From the NCBI RefSeq assembly GCF_006345805.1, contig NC_043024.1, positions 12,834,001-12,898,000 of the forward strand: a stretch of 64,000 bases of DNA, read 5' to 3'. The notes below the pieces were generated by a model. That model was given only the letters and a program-made list of their open reading frames with translations. It had not been told where the DNA came from and searched no databases. This DNA comes from Octopus sinensis. Taxonomy: Eukaryota. Both the position numbers and the translations under genes were made by a program. How positions within the stretch are numbered: position 1 is the stretch's first letter; the number at the start of each line of letters is the position of its first letter. Below are positions 1 through 10,850 of this stretch, one piece after another.

Positions 1-403
1 CGCGTCATGCCAGGTCCAGTTTTTAAAATTTAAACTCCAGTTAAGCAAAATTTACAGAAAACTCACATTCTGGTGTGTGTGTCAAATGCTTTTCTTAGTC
101 TGGTTTACAGCACACGCAAACGCACACACACAGTGGGCAACGAATAAAATGAAAGTAATTGACTTACTGTAGTGAGTGATTCTTTCACTCTGCCTCCCAC
201 TTCCTCTTTCCACACAGACACGCAAATATATAAATAAAATTGTAAGCTAACGTGCGTGTGTGTGAGTGGGTGTGTGTGGGTGTGCGCGTGTGTGTGTGTG
301 TGTGTGAGGGTGCGTGTGTGTGTGTGTGTGTGCGTGTGCGTGAGTGTGTGACAGGAAAGTTTTTTTACGACGAATATAACACCTATATCCAAGTAGCAGA
401 AAG

Positions 404-775
404 ATAAGACAGTAAGGTGTGATTTGAGGGAGATTTGGCTGCTATTTCTACCAGGTCTAGCTGCCATGTAGGGGTCTTCCTCATAGGCTCATACATACAT
501 ATATACATAGATAAGACAGTAAGGTGTGATTTGGGGGAAATTTGGCTGCTATTTCTACCAGGTCTAGCTGCCATGTAGGGGTCTCCCTCATAGGCTCATA
601 CATACATATATACATAGATAAGACAGTAAGGTGTGATTTGGGGGAAATTTGGCTGCTATTTCTACCAGGTCTAGCTACCATGTAGAGGTCCCCCTCATTG
701 GCTCATATATATATACATACATAAGACAGTAAGGTGTGATTTGAGGGAGATTTTGCTGCTGTTTCTACCAGGTCT
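404..775. repeat. 107-bp tandem minisatellite, about 3.5 copies
   Basis: Unit ATAAGACAGTAAGGTGTGATTTGRGGGARATTTGGCTGCTATTTCTACCAGGTCTAG... restarts at 404, 511, 618 and 721. Confidence 0.95.
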
Positions 776-844
776 GTTAGGCCTTCTCATGTAAACTCAA
801 GCTTTCTCATGCCTTCAACATATGACCAAAGCAGAGAATGTATT

Positions 845-1050
845 CTTTTATTCTTCTGCTTTTTCCAGCCATTGGTCTGTGGCCATGCTGGGGCAATGCC
901 TTGAAGAATTGTAGTTTAATGAATCAACTCCAGTTTTATTTTTGTAACCATTGTACTTATTCTATCTGTTTCCTTTGTCAAACCACTAGGTGACAGGGAT
1001 GTAAACAAACCAACAGTCGTTGTCAAGCAGTGGTGGAGGACAATCACAAG
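845..1050 (-). mobile_element. tRNA-derived SINE group A, diverged 3' half
   Basis: Reverse-complement similarity to the 3' half of the full copy at 3613-4036. Confidence 0.75.
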
Positions 1051-1133
1051 CACAGGCACGCACACACACACACATACATGCATACACACATACATACATA
1101 CATACATATATATATATGTGTGTATATATATAT

Positions 1134-1390
1134 TGCAGCGTGGAAGGTGTTTGTAAGCCATTTAAGAAACACACAAAAACCGTTACATTCACTTCAAAAT
1201 TTAAATTTAATTTGCCAAAATATTTTCGTCGCTTTCAGACCGCGACCTGTTCACTGACAAAAATATCGTCCTAACAGGTCGCGGTCTCAAAGCGACGAAA
1301 ATATTTTTACAAATTAAATTTAAATGTTGAAGTGAATCTAACGGTTTTTGTGTGTTTCTTAAATGGCTTATAAACACCTTCAACGCTGCA
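1134..1390. mobile_element. Fold-back pair of Penelope-like terminal-repeat fragments (arms about 118 bp, 21-bp spacer)
   Basis: 1134-1251 and 1273-1390 are reverse complements (TGCAGCGTGGAAGG... / ...CCTTCAACGCTGCA). The left arm carries a hammerhead-like fold. The Penelope assignment is inference. Confidence 0.7.
1211..1261 (-). ncRNA. Candidate type I hammerhead ribozyme with G3:C8 core variant
   Basis: Minus strand: UUUGUCA-GUGAACA-G-GUCGC(ggucugaaa)GCGAC-GAAA-AUAU-U-U-UGGCAAA. 7-bp stem I, 5-bp stem II and palindromic stem III fall in register. Confidence 0.55.
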
Positions 1391-1549
1391 ACTGTTTTCG
1401 TTCCAGCACACGATCTCAGATCAAGTCACTTGCTATGCAAGTACATCTCTGTAACTATATATATATTTATATATATATATATGTATATTGGTAAAAACAG
1501 TAAGATAACAAAAGAAAAAAGAGACCTCAATATTATGTAAATAGAGGAA

Positions 1550-1942
1550 TCTTTATATATAAAAGTGAGGTTGTGTGTCTGTCTCCTACGATTTAGATTC
1601 CTAACTACTCCCACATTTTGCGGTGCAGTTTAACCAAAACCGGGTATCTTATAGTCGTGATTCATATCGAGACCGTCTGGGTATTAGCGCGCGTCTACGA
1701 TGAGTCTACGATTAAAAAAAATATACCATCAATTTTTTCCATTTTTAATCCATTTTTGACATATATAAGGGAAGTAACTCTCTAAAATTTATTATTAAAT
1801 CTCAGAACGTAAAAAGCTACAGTAACACCCCTCCCCCTTTGTGGTTAGCCATATTGAGATGGCTATTATACTTTACATCTCTAAAAATGCTTATATAATT
1901 ATTTCCCTTACAAACCCGAGCAACGCCGGGCGATACTGCTAG
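1550..1942 (+). mobile_element. Non-autonomous Helitron
   Basis: 5' TCTTTATATATAAAA; 3' hairpin CCCG-AGCAACGC-CGGG (1915-1930) then CTAG; A|T insertion site, no TSD; related copy at 45276-45790. Confidence 0.9.
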
Positions 1943-1953
1943 TATATATATAT

Positions 1954-2600
1954 ATGCATTTGTGCTTGTGTGTGTGTGCGTTTGTGTTTGTATGTATTCA
2001 TATGTATATATGTGTGTGGCTACAGGTGTACATTGAGGCACACACATATACACAGATATGCATGTCTCTATACGCACGAAGATCCAGAAAGCCTCAGAGA
2101 CTAAGATGTCCACGATTAACTTTCTCGTCTAATAATTTTCATTCTGCGACTCTTCAACGGCGAACCTCGTGAACTAAGGTGCGCAAGCGTGTGTGTGTAT
2201 GTTTGAATGGTGGTAAGTGCGTGAGTATACATGTGTAGGTGAGGTGAAAACTATGTGTGCCCATATGTGTATGTGTATAAGTGTGGGTCACTTATATATA
2301 TGTTTGTGTGTATATATATATGTATATTACACACTCACGCACTTACCACCATTCAAACATACACACACACGCTTGCGCACCTTAGTTCACGAGGTTCGCC
2401 GTTGAAGAGTCGCAGAATGAAAATTATTAGACGAGAAAGTTAATCGTGGACATCTTAGTCTCTGAGGCTTTCTGGATCTTCGTGCGTATAGAGACATGCA
2501 TATCTGTGTATATGTGTGTGCCTCAATGTACACCTGTAGCCACACACATATATACATATGAATACATACAATCACAAACGCACACACACACAAGCACAAA

Positions 2601-2605
<5 letters not shown>
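1954..2605. repeat. Near-perfect inverted duplication, 273-bp arms, 106-bp spacer
   Basis: 1954-2226 is the reverse complement of 2333-2605 with one mismatch seen. The ORF track gives near-identical peptides from both strands. Confidence 0.95.
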
Positions 2606-2638
<33 letters not shown>

Positions 2639-2659
2639 GTATGCCCATATATGAAAATC

Positions 2660-2755
2660 CAAGTGTATTACGGAGATGTACTTGCATAGCAAGTGATTGA
2701 GAACGATTTTTGTGTCTTTCTTAAATGGCTTACAAACACCTTCCACGCTCCAAGT
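2660..2755 (-). mobile_element. Internally deleted relative of the 1134-1455 repeat
   Basis: Its reverse complement joins a match to 1135-1184 to a match to about 1415-1450 (TCACTTGCTATGCAAGTACATCTC). Confidence 0.7.
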
Positions 2756-2876
2756 GTATTAGTTTCTGATATATGTAAATGTGTGCGTGTGCGCCTATCT
2801 GTACTGATATATGGATGGATATATATGTATGTCTATGTGTATGCACATACATACAAATATAAGCGCTGTGTGTGTG

Positions 2877-2919
<43 letters not shown>

Positions 2920-3095
2920 TCATTTATATATATTCACACGCGTATATATAAAATACGACGTGATGCTTCAACGGCACACAAGGATGAAACGGAATCGTGT
3001 TGTGAACAATTAGCACCATTCCTTTTTCCTGTTCAAGTCTTGTAGAAAGTGCTAGGTTTCGATAGGGGCAGCCCCTAACAGCTCCATGCCATCTG

Positions 3096-3150
<55 letters not shown>

Positions 3151-3612
3151 CCACGACATAAGGATTCAAGCAATCTGGCAGTCCTCGTAATAAAGCTGCT
3201 TGGTCTGTCATGGCATAAACCATTTTAGATATATGAAAACCTCTTCTTTTGAAGATGACCTTTGAATGTTCAATGTTAGCTGAACGACCTGCACAAATGA
3301 TTGGTTTATAGTGATCAAATATATGTGCTGTACGCTGGTTCACTCCCTCCATCAAATCGACATTGCCTGAGTAAGTATGCTGCACGTCAGAGGTCGAAGT
3401 GATGGCAGAACGACACCAACGTGGAATGATGATGGTGATAATGACTACAGTGATGGGTGTTCCGTTGAGCATGACGTGTTAATATTCAGTATCGAAGAGA
3501 GAAGCAGTGCAAAAAGATCTGAAATAACAGCAACAGGGAAACATTCATACAAATGACTCGTTTGACTAGAAACTGACAGGCTACAGATAACAAACAAAAA
3601 ATGTCTACATTC

Positions 3613-4036
3613 AGGCGCAGGAGTGGCTGTGTGGTAAGTAGCTTGCTTACCAACCACATGGTTCCGGGTTCAGTCCCACTGCGTGGCATCTTGGGCAAGT
3701 GTCTTCCGCTATATCCCCGGGCCGACCAATGCCTTGTGAGTGGATTTGGTAGACGGAAACTGAAAGAAGCCTGTCGTATATATGCATATATATGTATATA
3801 TATATATGTATGTGTGTGCGTGTGTTTGTGTGTCTGTGTTTGTCCCCCTAGCATTGCTTGACAACTGATAGTGGTGTGTTTACGTCCTCGACACTTAGCG
3901 GTTCGGCAAAAGAGACCGATATAATAAGTACTGGACTTACAAAGAATAAGTCCCGGGGTCGATTTGCTCGACTAAAGGCGGTGCTCCAGCATGGCCGCAG
4001 TCAAATGACTGAAACAAGTAAAAGAGTAAAAGAGTA
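3613..4036 (+). mobile_element. tRNA-derived SINE group A, full length
   Basis: Pol III A/B-box-like head (TGGCTGTGTGG...GGTTCAGTCCC), central microsatellite, (AAAGAGT)n tail, many copies in the window. Consistent with described octopus tRNA-SINEs; exact family not verified. Confidence 0.9.
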
Positions 4037-4984
4037 TACATATACGTCATTTTATAAAAATAATGTCTCTGAACAGGTGTATTGAGTTCGTTTTAATTAT
4101 CTGCAGACACCGTGACCTAAGAATTACACCCCACCACATACACACTCACATACATATAGACACGATGTTTTTCTTTTTCGTTGCACCGTTTCAAAATGGC
4201 TGTGGAATTTCCGCAGGTATTGAGAGTCGTTGATGAATTTTTAATTATTTCGGCAAGCACACGTGAAATGACTAATTAACATACATCCTGTTCTACATAT
4301 TTCTGGAGAAGGAATGAGAGATTCCTTCAATATAAAAACACAAGAGTACCATAGTGAGTGAAATATATTTAAATACGGATTCATTGAAATGATTCTATAT
4401 TTGATTCCAGTATAAAATCTGACTTCAAGGAAGATTTGTACGATTAACATCTCTGGCAAATATTCCTTGATGGAACCTTCTAGAGAAAGCTGATTTCAAA
4501 GACATGAAATAATCCAGCTTCTGTGACATTATAAAGCGATTACCAGCATCTCAAAGAGCGACAGGGATCAAGGCCTATTTTTTAAATATTGATAATGGAA
4601 TATTTCCTACCGGCGTCTTCTGTATAAAGAGCATGCAGTTAAATACATGCAGGAGATAACAGAGCATCTCCTCTCTTCATCTTTATTAAGCTTTGAATCA
4701 ATTAAAATCTTATCGAGTTATGTCCCTTGCGAACTTTCAGATTAAGTCAATTAAAATCAAAAACAAAAACATTTTATATCTGGTCGCCGAAATCTAAGTT
4801 GGGAAAGTAACGTTTATCGTTTATCCTTGACGTGCTTCAGTCATTAGACTGTGGCCAGGCTGGGGCATCGCTTTGAGTAATATTTACTCGAAGGAATCGA
4901 ACCAAGTACGTTTTTTTAGGCCTGGTACTTATTCCCGCGTTAATCTTTACCGAATCGCTAAATAATGAAGGGAGACCCATAAGA

Positions 4985-5320
4985 GGTGAAGACGAAATTG
5001 CAAGAATGCATTGAGGAGAGTGTCTGTTATTCCAGTAGTCGTCGGGGCACTCGGGGTTCTAATAACCAAGTTCGAGAAATATGTCAAAGAAATGGGAATT
5101 GACGAGAGCAGAACAAACCCCTAAAATTGTTCTACTGGGGACAGCTAGGATTTTGAGATTGGTACTTGGATGTTGAATGTCTCCCACGATAATTAACAAC
5201 CAAGTATCAAAGCTTATAATGTGCGGAAAGAGACCCTGTGAGACCTCTGATGGTAGGCTGCTGTCTCGCAGAATCTACCGGAGAAAACAAGACCGAGGGC
5301 TATGAGAAGTAAAACAATAT
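4985..5320 (+). mobile_element. R4/Dong-like (RLE) non-LTR retrotransposon, extreme 3' fragment
   Basis: DEIARM...VSVIPVVVGALG...GTARILRLVLGC* matches the C-terminus of restriction-like-endonuclease LINEs. Confidence 0.8.
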
Positions 5321-5369
5321 TGATAAGTATTTTGTGATCGGTTTTGATAAATATGCCAGGTCACTTTCC

Positions 5370-6213
5370 AGAAAGGGAAATTGAAGACAGTCGTGTAAAA
5401 TGTTGAGACAGATATAAAAGAACTTGAGCAGGAATTGACTTACAAATACCTCGGAATAAATGAAGGCTCTGGCATTCAACAGGCATGCATGAAAGAGGTC
5501 ACGAAGAAAATAATACAGTAGTGTTCAAGAAGTCCTGAAATCTGAGCTAAATGCACGTAGTAATGTGTTTGCCATAATCTCATTGGCAGTTCTAGTTATT
5601 CATAGCTTCAAAGTGTTGAACTGGAATATCAGCGAAATAAAGTAAATTGACAGGAAAACTCGTAAGTTGCTGACTTGCAATAAGATGCACCACCCAAAAT
5701 CAGGCACAAATCGTGTTTACATTCCCAGAGCCCAAAGAGTTCGAAGCTTAATCCAGTTTGAAATCACATACAAAATCATCACAACTGTACTGGACAAATT
5801 TCTTATATCTAAAGACTGAATGCTAGAACTCGTTGAAAATCACGAGAAGCGTAAGAAGCTTCCTTAAAGAATCTTCATTCTGTCATGAAAGGGAGAAAAA
5901 TGGCTGCTGAGTTCATGCATAATACCCGGGTTGAGAAGCATGATATAAGGGTAGCAACTGTTGTGACAAAGAAGGTGAAATCAATGGCAAAGCGAAAAGA
6001 TGATAGGTGGGAACAAAAATCTCTGCGAGGCAAATATGTGGCACATAGCAAATAAGCTGATGTAGACCAGAAGAACCCTCTCCAGTGACTACGAAACTCA
6101 GAGCTAAAGGGAGAGAGCGAAGGCTTCGTCTTAGCTGCTCAAGATCAGAGCTTATTGACCAAAGAATGCCACGCCAAAGTGATTAAAAATGGAGTAGACC
6201 CAAAGTGCAGATT
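5370..6213 (+). mobile_element. R4/Dong-like LINE, degenerate RT C-terminal fragment
   Basis: TYKYLGINEG, LKSELNAR, IDRKTRKLLTCNKMHHPKS, ELKGESEGFVLAAQDQSL, PKCR; multiple stops and frameshifts. Confidence 0.88.
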
Positions 6214-6214
6214 T

Positions 6215-6960
6215 TATATTTCAAAGGACATTGGCAGAAAATAATAATAGTGCGGCATGGTTGTGGTTGCAGAAAGGAAGGCTGAAAGGGGAAACAGAGA
6301 GTTTGCTAGTAGCAGCACAAGATCAGTCATTGACAACTAATTGGATAAAAGCCAAATGAAGAAAAATTAGGAAGACACTTAATGCAGGTTATGTAAATGA
6401 AAGGAGGAATGTGTTACTCAGATGATTAGTGAATGCAGTGTGCTAGAACGGAGAGAATACAAGAAAAGACATGATAAAATAGGGAGAATAATCAACTGGG
6501 ATTTATGTAGACAGGCTTGGATTTAGCCATACTGATAAGAGGTATGAACATGAACCAAGTGCTGGAAAGTAACAAATACAAGATGTTGTGGGAATTTAAC
6601 GTCCGGACTGAGAGAGTAATAGAAGTTACATTGTCTGATTTGGTGGTAGTTTACAAAGAGATAGAAATTTGCAGATAATTGACTTCACAGTCCCAAATGA
6701 TGAAAAAGTCAATATTGGAGGTGTAGAGAAAATAACAAAGTACCAGGACTTAGCCATTGAATAACAAAGGCTACGGAAGATTCGTGGTTATAGGTGCAGT
6801 AGGAATTGCCCCTAAAGATTTGAACCGATGGATATAAGAAGTAAGCATAAAACCAAGTTTTAGGGACAACTAGGTTACTTAGGAAGGTTCTTGGTATCTA
6901 AGGTTACTTGTTGTAGCCAAGTGCTAGGAAGTTTACTTTACCAACAGACTTATATGTTGT
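6215..6960 (+). mobile_element. R4/Dong-like LINE, second subfamily, Zn-knuckle plus RLE 3' end
   Basis: WLQKGRLKGETESLLVAAQDQSL, YKKRHDKIG, LWEFNVRT, IIDFTVPND..EKITKYQDLAIE, LGTTRLLRKVLGI* (stop 6899-6901); followed by AAC/ATG/TAA-type triplet repeats. Confidence 0.88.
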
Positions 6961-8102
6961 GCGTATACGGAATAACAACAACAGCAACAATGATGACGAC
7001 GATAACGATTACGAAGATAATGATGATGATAATGATAATAGTAATGATATTGAAAGTGATAAGAATAACCAGTCAACATTAATAGTAAGTAAAATGCCAA
7101 ACATATGTTTTTATTAGTGGAAAACAAAATGGCAGTATGAGATTTTTTTTTTAACCAAAATGAAAAACAAGACTAAAAAAACCAACAAAAATAATGAACC
7201 ACTACCACCACCCCACCCGTCCATCAAAATCAGCAAATAAATTCACTATTGTTTCACAGTTATTGGCATAATAAAAATAAAATAAAAAAAAAAAGAATGA
7301 GTGTCTGTGTGTGAGAGAGGGAGGGAGGGAGAAAGAAAGAAATTCAATTTATTGTGCGTTAATTTTATTTTGATTCCCCTGTGGTGGTTGAGAATCAAAA
7401 ACCGTTTGATTAAACAAGAAGGATAAAAAAATTGAAAAATCATAAAATGACAAAAAAAAGAAAGAAAGAAAAAAACAGCGAAAAGAAAAAAGAAAAGATA
7501 CAAAGGGAGATTGGAAAGTAAAGAGTGATGCAAAGAATTGTGGGAAATGCAAAAAAAAGAATTCAAACAAAACAATTAGAAAAATGTAAACAAATAATAA
7601 AACAATGACAAAGAGTAGAAGGTCAAAACAAAAAATACACACACACACACACATACATACGAACATGTACACGCACACACACATACACACATAAATATGT
7701 TTGTGGGCACTCCCATAGATGGAGACATATTTACACACACACAAACACACACATATACATTCCTATACATCTACCTGTATATATGTGTGTATGCATGCGT
7801 AAATATGGTCATACTTATATGTGAGCTTTTCTCTATCGATTTACAACATATAATATATATATAATATATATATATATATATTATATATATATATATATAT
7901 GTATGTATGTGTGTTTTTGCGCACACAAAAACTCGCTATAACACCGATATCTATCGCAGCATAATAAACTGAAACCAACAATATAGAACTGTAGGTAATA
8001 GAAACTCTTGCAGAATGACTTTTGGCTGTGTGATATGACATACAAGCAAGCATCGAAATTTATACTTATACATGCATACAAACAGGTATATATATATATA
8101 TA

Positions 8103-8414
8103 TATCACCGTGATCACCGTGACCGACCAGGCCATCAGATGTTGTTACACATCGCTGGTCACAATGTGCTTCGCATTGTTTTAGCCTTCAAATGACGCCA
8201 CCCAGCTGGCTAAGCGAGCAGGCAAACAGAAGAAAGAGTGAGAGAAAGTTGTGGCGAAAGAGTACAGCAGGGATCGCCACCACCCACTGCTGGAGCCTTG
8301 TGGAGCTTTAGGTGTTTTCGGTCAATAAACACTCACAACGCCCGGTCTGGGAAACGAAACCTCGATCCTACGACCGCGGGTCCGCTGCCCTAATCACTGG
8401 GCCATTGCGCCTCC
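8103..8414 (-). mobile_element. tRNA-derived SINE group B (tail type 1)
   Basis: Minus head GGAGGCGCAATGGCCCAGTG...GGTTTCGTTTCCCAGACCGGGCG; close copy at 58130-58437. Confidence 0.9.
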
Positions 8415-8644
8415 ATGTATACATGTATGTATGTATATATGTGATAGATTTCATATTAGACGATCGAATACTGCGTTATTGGCCTTGTGGGATCCTCTCA
8501 TACAGGCAGGTAGTGCATAAAAGCACACACAAAGATCATAGGAGACGTGAGTCGTCTCTCAGGGGCACCGGAATTCCCATAACACGTAAGTTCATTTTCA
8601 TTCTATTGGAAACCATACACACAAAAGCACGCGCGCGCACACAC

Positions 8645-9372
8645 AGCCCAAGCTGTTGCAGTATCTAGTTCCGTATCTTGAGGATAACGTTAGGACTTTT
8701 GGCACTATGCAGGGGCGCCCTAGTCTTCGGGTTGTGTAACCGACAATGTCAACATTTGGAACAAGTTTTTCTAGGATATTACAGATTTATATTCCCGCAT
8801 ATCTTTCCGGCCTTCGCTCCAGGAAGTAGAGTCTTAACTCTTTCAATCTCTCCCGGTAGCTGACATGCATTTTGTCAATCTTCTTCGCGTAGCTTCACCG
8901 GATCATCTCGAGTTCCGTTATTAATTTTACAATATTTGGTGACCACAGTTGGGAACAGCAATCCATATGGAGGAAAACGAATGTCCTCCAGAGGGCCATC
9001 ATGTTTTCCCTTTCTCTTGTTTTGAAAGTTCGAAGAATCCACCCGGTCAAACGACTGCATTTTATTGCCAACTTCGTAACGTGCACCTGGAAAGAGGCAT
9101 CGCTATTCATGTTGATGCCCAGGAAAGACACTTCTTTTGATTCGGAGATTAGAATCCCTCCTGGGCCAGTGTTTCCTATCAGCTTTTCATTGAGCTTCCT
9201 GTGTTGGTAGTGCAGGGCTTGGAAATTTCTTAGCATTATGCTGCATGTAATTTTCCTCAGCCCTTCTGTATATTGCGTCCAACCCATGTTGTAGACGCAC
9301 AACCTCTCCAGAGTCTTGTATCCTCTGACAGATTTTGGTATTGTCTGCATATCGTCTGCAAGGGTGGTTACT
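8645..9372 (-). mobile_element. CR1/L2/Jockey-group LINE remnant, RT domains 5-7 plus thumb
   Basis: LADD, AIYRRAEENYMQHNAKKF, VSFLGINMN, GWILRTFKTR, CSQLWSP, SYRERLKELRLYFLERR, RLGRPCIVP; frameshifted. Confidence 0.85.
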
Positions 9373-9870
9373 TGAGTAGCCATTTCGTTGTTAGATTTCT
9401 TAATGAAGATGTGGAGGAAAGGAAGTTGTTGATGGTTATATACCATCGTGAATTGAATGTTTATGTTAAGTCCATTTAAAATTGCTTGAAATTCTTTAAG
9501 TATGAAATTCTTTAAGAAATTCCATCCCAAAGAATGAAACAATCATCCAGGTACCTCTTCCAATTATTTTCTATGTAGAGGAAGAATAGGTTGGCGTATT
9601 TTTCTAGTACCTTACGATAAAGAATGATGTCTAGATACCCCATGACTAGGTTAGCAAAGGAGGGGGCCATTCTCGTACCCATCGCAGTCCCCGATTTTTG
9701 TCGATAGCAGTTGTCTTTGAAGGCAAAGTAGTTATTCTCCAAGATGAATTTTAGCCCTTCTTCTACGAAGGCTTTTTTGATGCGAAGTGGAAGTTCACAG
9801 GCATAATTCTGTAGCCAGAATTTAATTGCTTCTATTCTTAGGTTGTGGGGGATATTAAAGAAGGGCTAAA
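9373..9870 (-). mobile_element. Penelope-like element RT fragment
   Basis: NIPHN..EAIKFWL, ILENNYFAF..YRQKSGTAMGTRMAPSFANLVMG, WKRYLDDCFILW, IQFTM..LPFL are PLE RT motifs. Confidence 0.92.
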
Positions 9871-10409
9871 GGAAACACTCATCACCAGGAACTACCCACC
9901 ATCACTAATTGATATATGCTTTCAGCATGCCCTTCAACTTTCAAATATATATGTATATATATACACACTAACACACACACTTCTCTCCCACACATACATA
10001 TATCTAGAATAATTCGGGTAAACCTCGTAACGTATATTTAAGAGCCTTTATGCCGTTATTTGGCTCTCACATTTTATACTGCAAGGTATTTTCCAGGGCC
10101 GGATACACATGCAGAACCCCTCTAAGCGTAAGACTAATACAAGAATGATATAAGAAGAGGTTGGAAGATATCAGGCATTAATAGTAGACCGCAACAGTTG
10201 TTTCTACGCCTCAATTCAGTTTTGAATAGCTGAGTTGATATTCATATACCGTTACAGAAGCTTACTCTTTATAATTACTAATTAGCTGAGTACTGTCCAC
10301 CAATATCCGCGCGTGTGTGCTCTACAGATACTAATAGAATCAGGTGTATATTTCCTGAAACATAAACACACGATTCAGTAATAATTGTGGTTTCAAAATT
10401 TGCGACATG

Positions 10410-10605
10410 GGCAGCAAATTTAGAGGAGAGTATGAGTCGTTTACATCAACTCCAGTGTTCAACAGGTACTTATTTTAATGACCCTCAAAGAATGAAAGGT
10501 AAAGGCCACCTTGGCGGAATTTGCACTCAGAACGTAGCAACAGGCGCAATGCCGCTAAGCATTTCGCCCGAAACGCTCACGGTTTGGTCAGCGCGCCTAC
10601 TTATC
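10410..10605 (-). mobile_element. SINE group C, diverged
   Basis: Similar to the reverse complement of 59003-59238. Confidence 0.75.
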
Positions 10606-10805
10606 ATTGATTCATAATGTATATATATATATATATATAGACATGCTCATATGTTTGCATGTTTGTATGCATTTATGTATATACATCCATAAACACACTC
10701 ATATGTACACACCTTACATATATATATGTGTGTGTATATAATACACACACATACTTACATACATCCACACACACACACACACGCACACACACACACACAC
10801 ACATA

Positions 10806-10850
<45 letters not shown>

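Noticed and set aside
2924-3472. 182-aa minus ORF with about 90 complex codons (RWCRSAIT...PYVVA)
   Set aside because: No recognisable motif or convincing splice sites, and it reads through a (TA)n tract. A BLASTX would settle it.
3613-3700. tRNA genes in SINE heads (also 8340-8414, 51320-51395, 58365-58437)
   Set aside because: A/B boxes are present but there is no full cloverleaf, and each continues into a SINE body.
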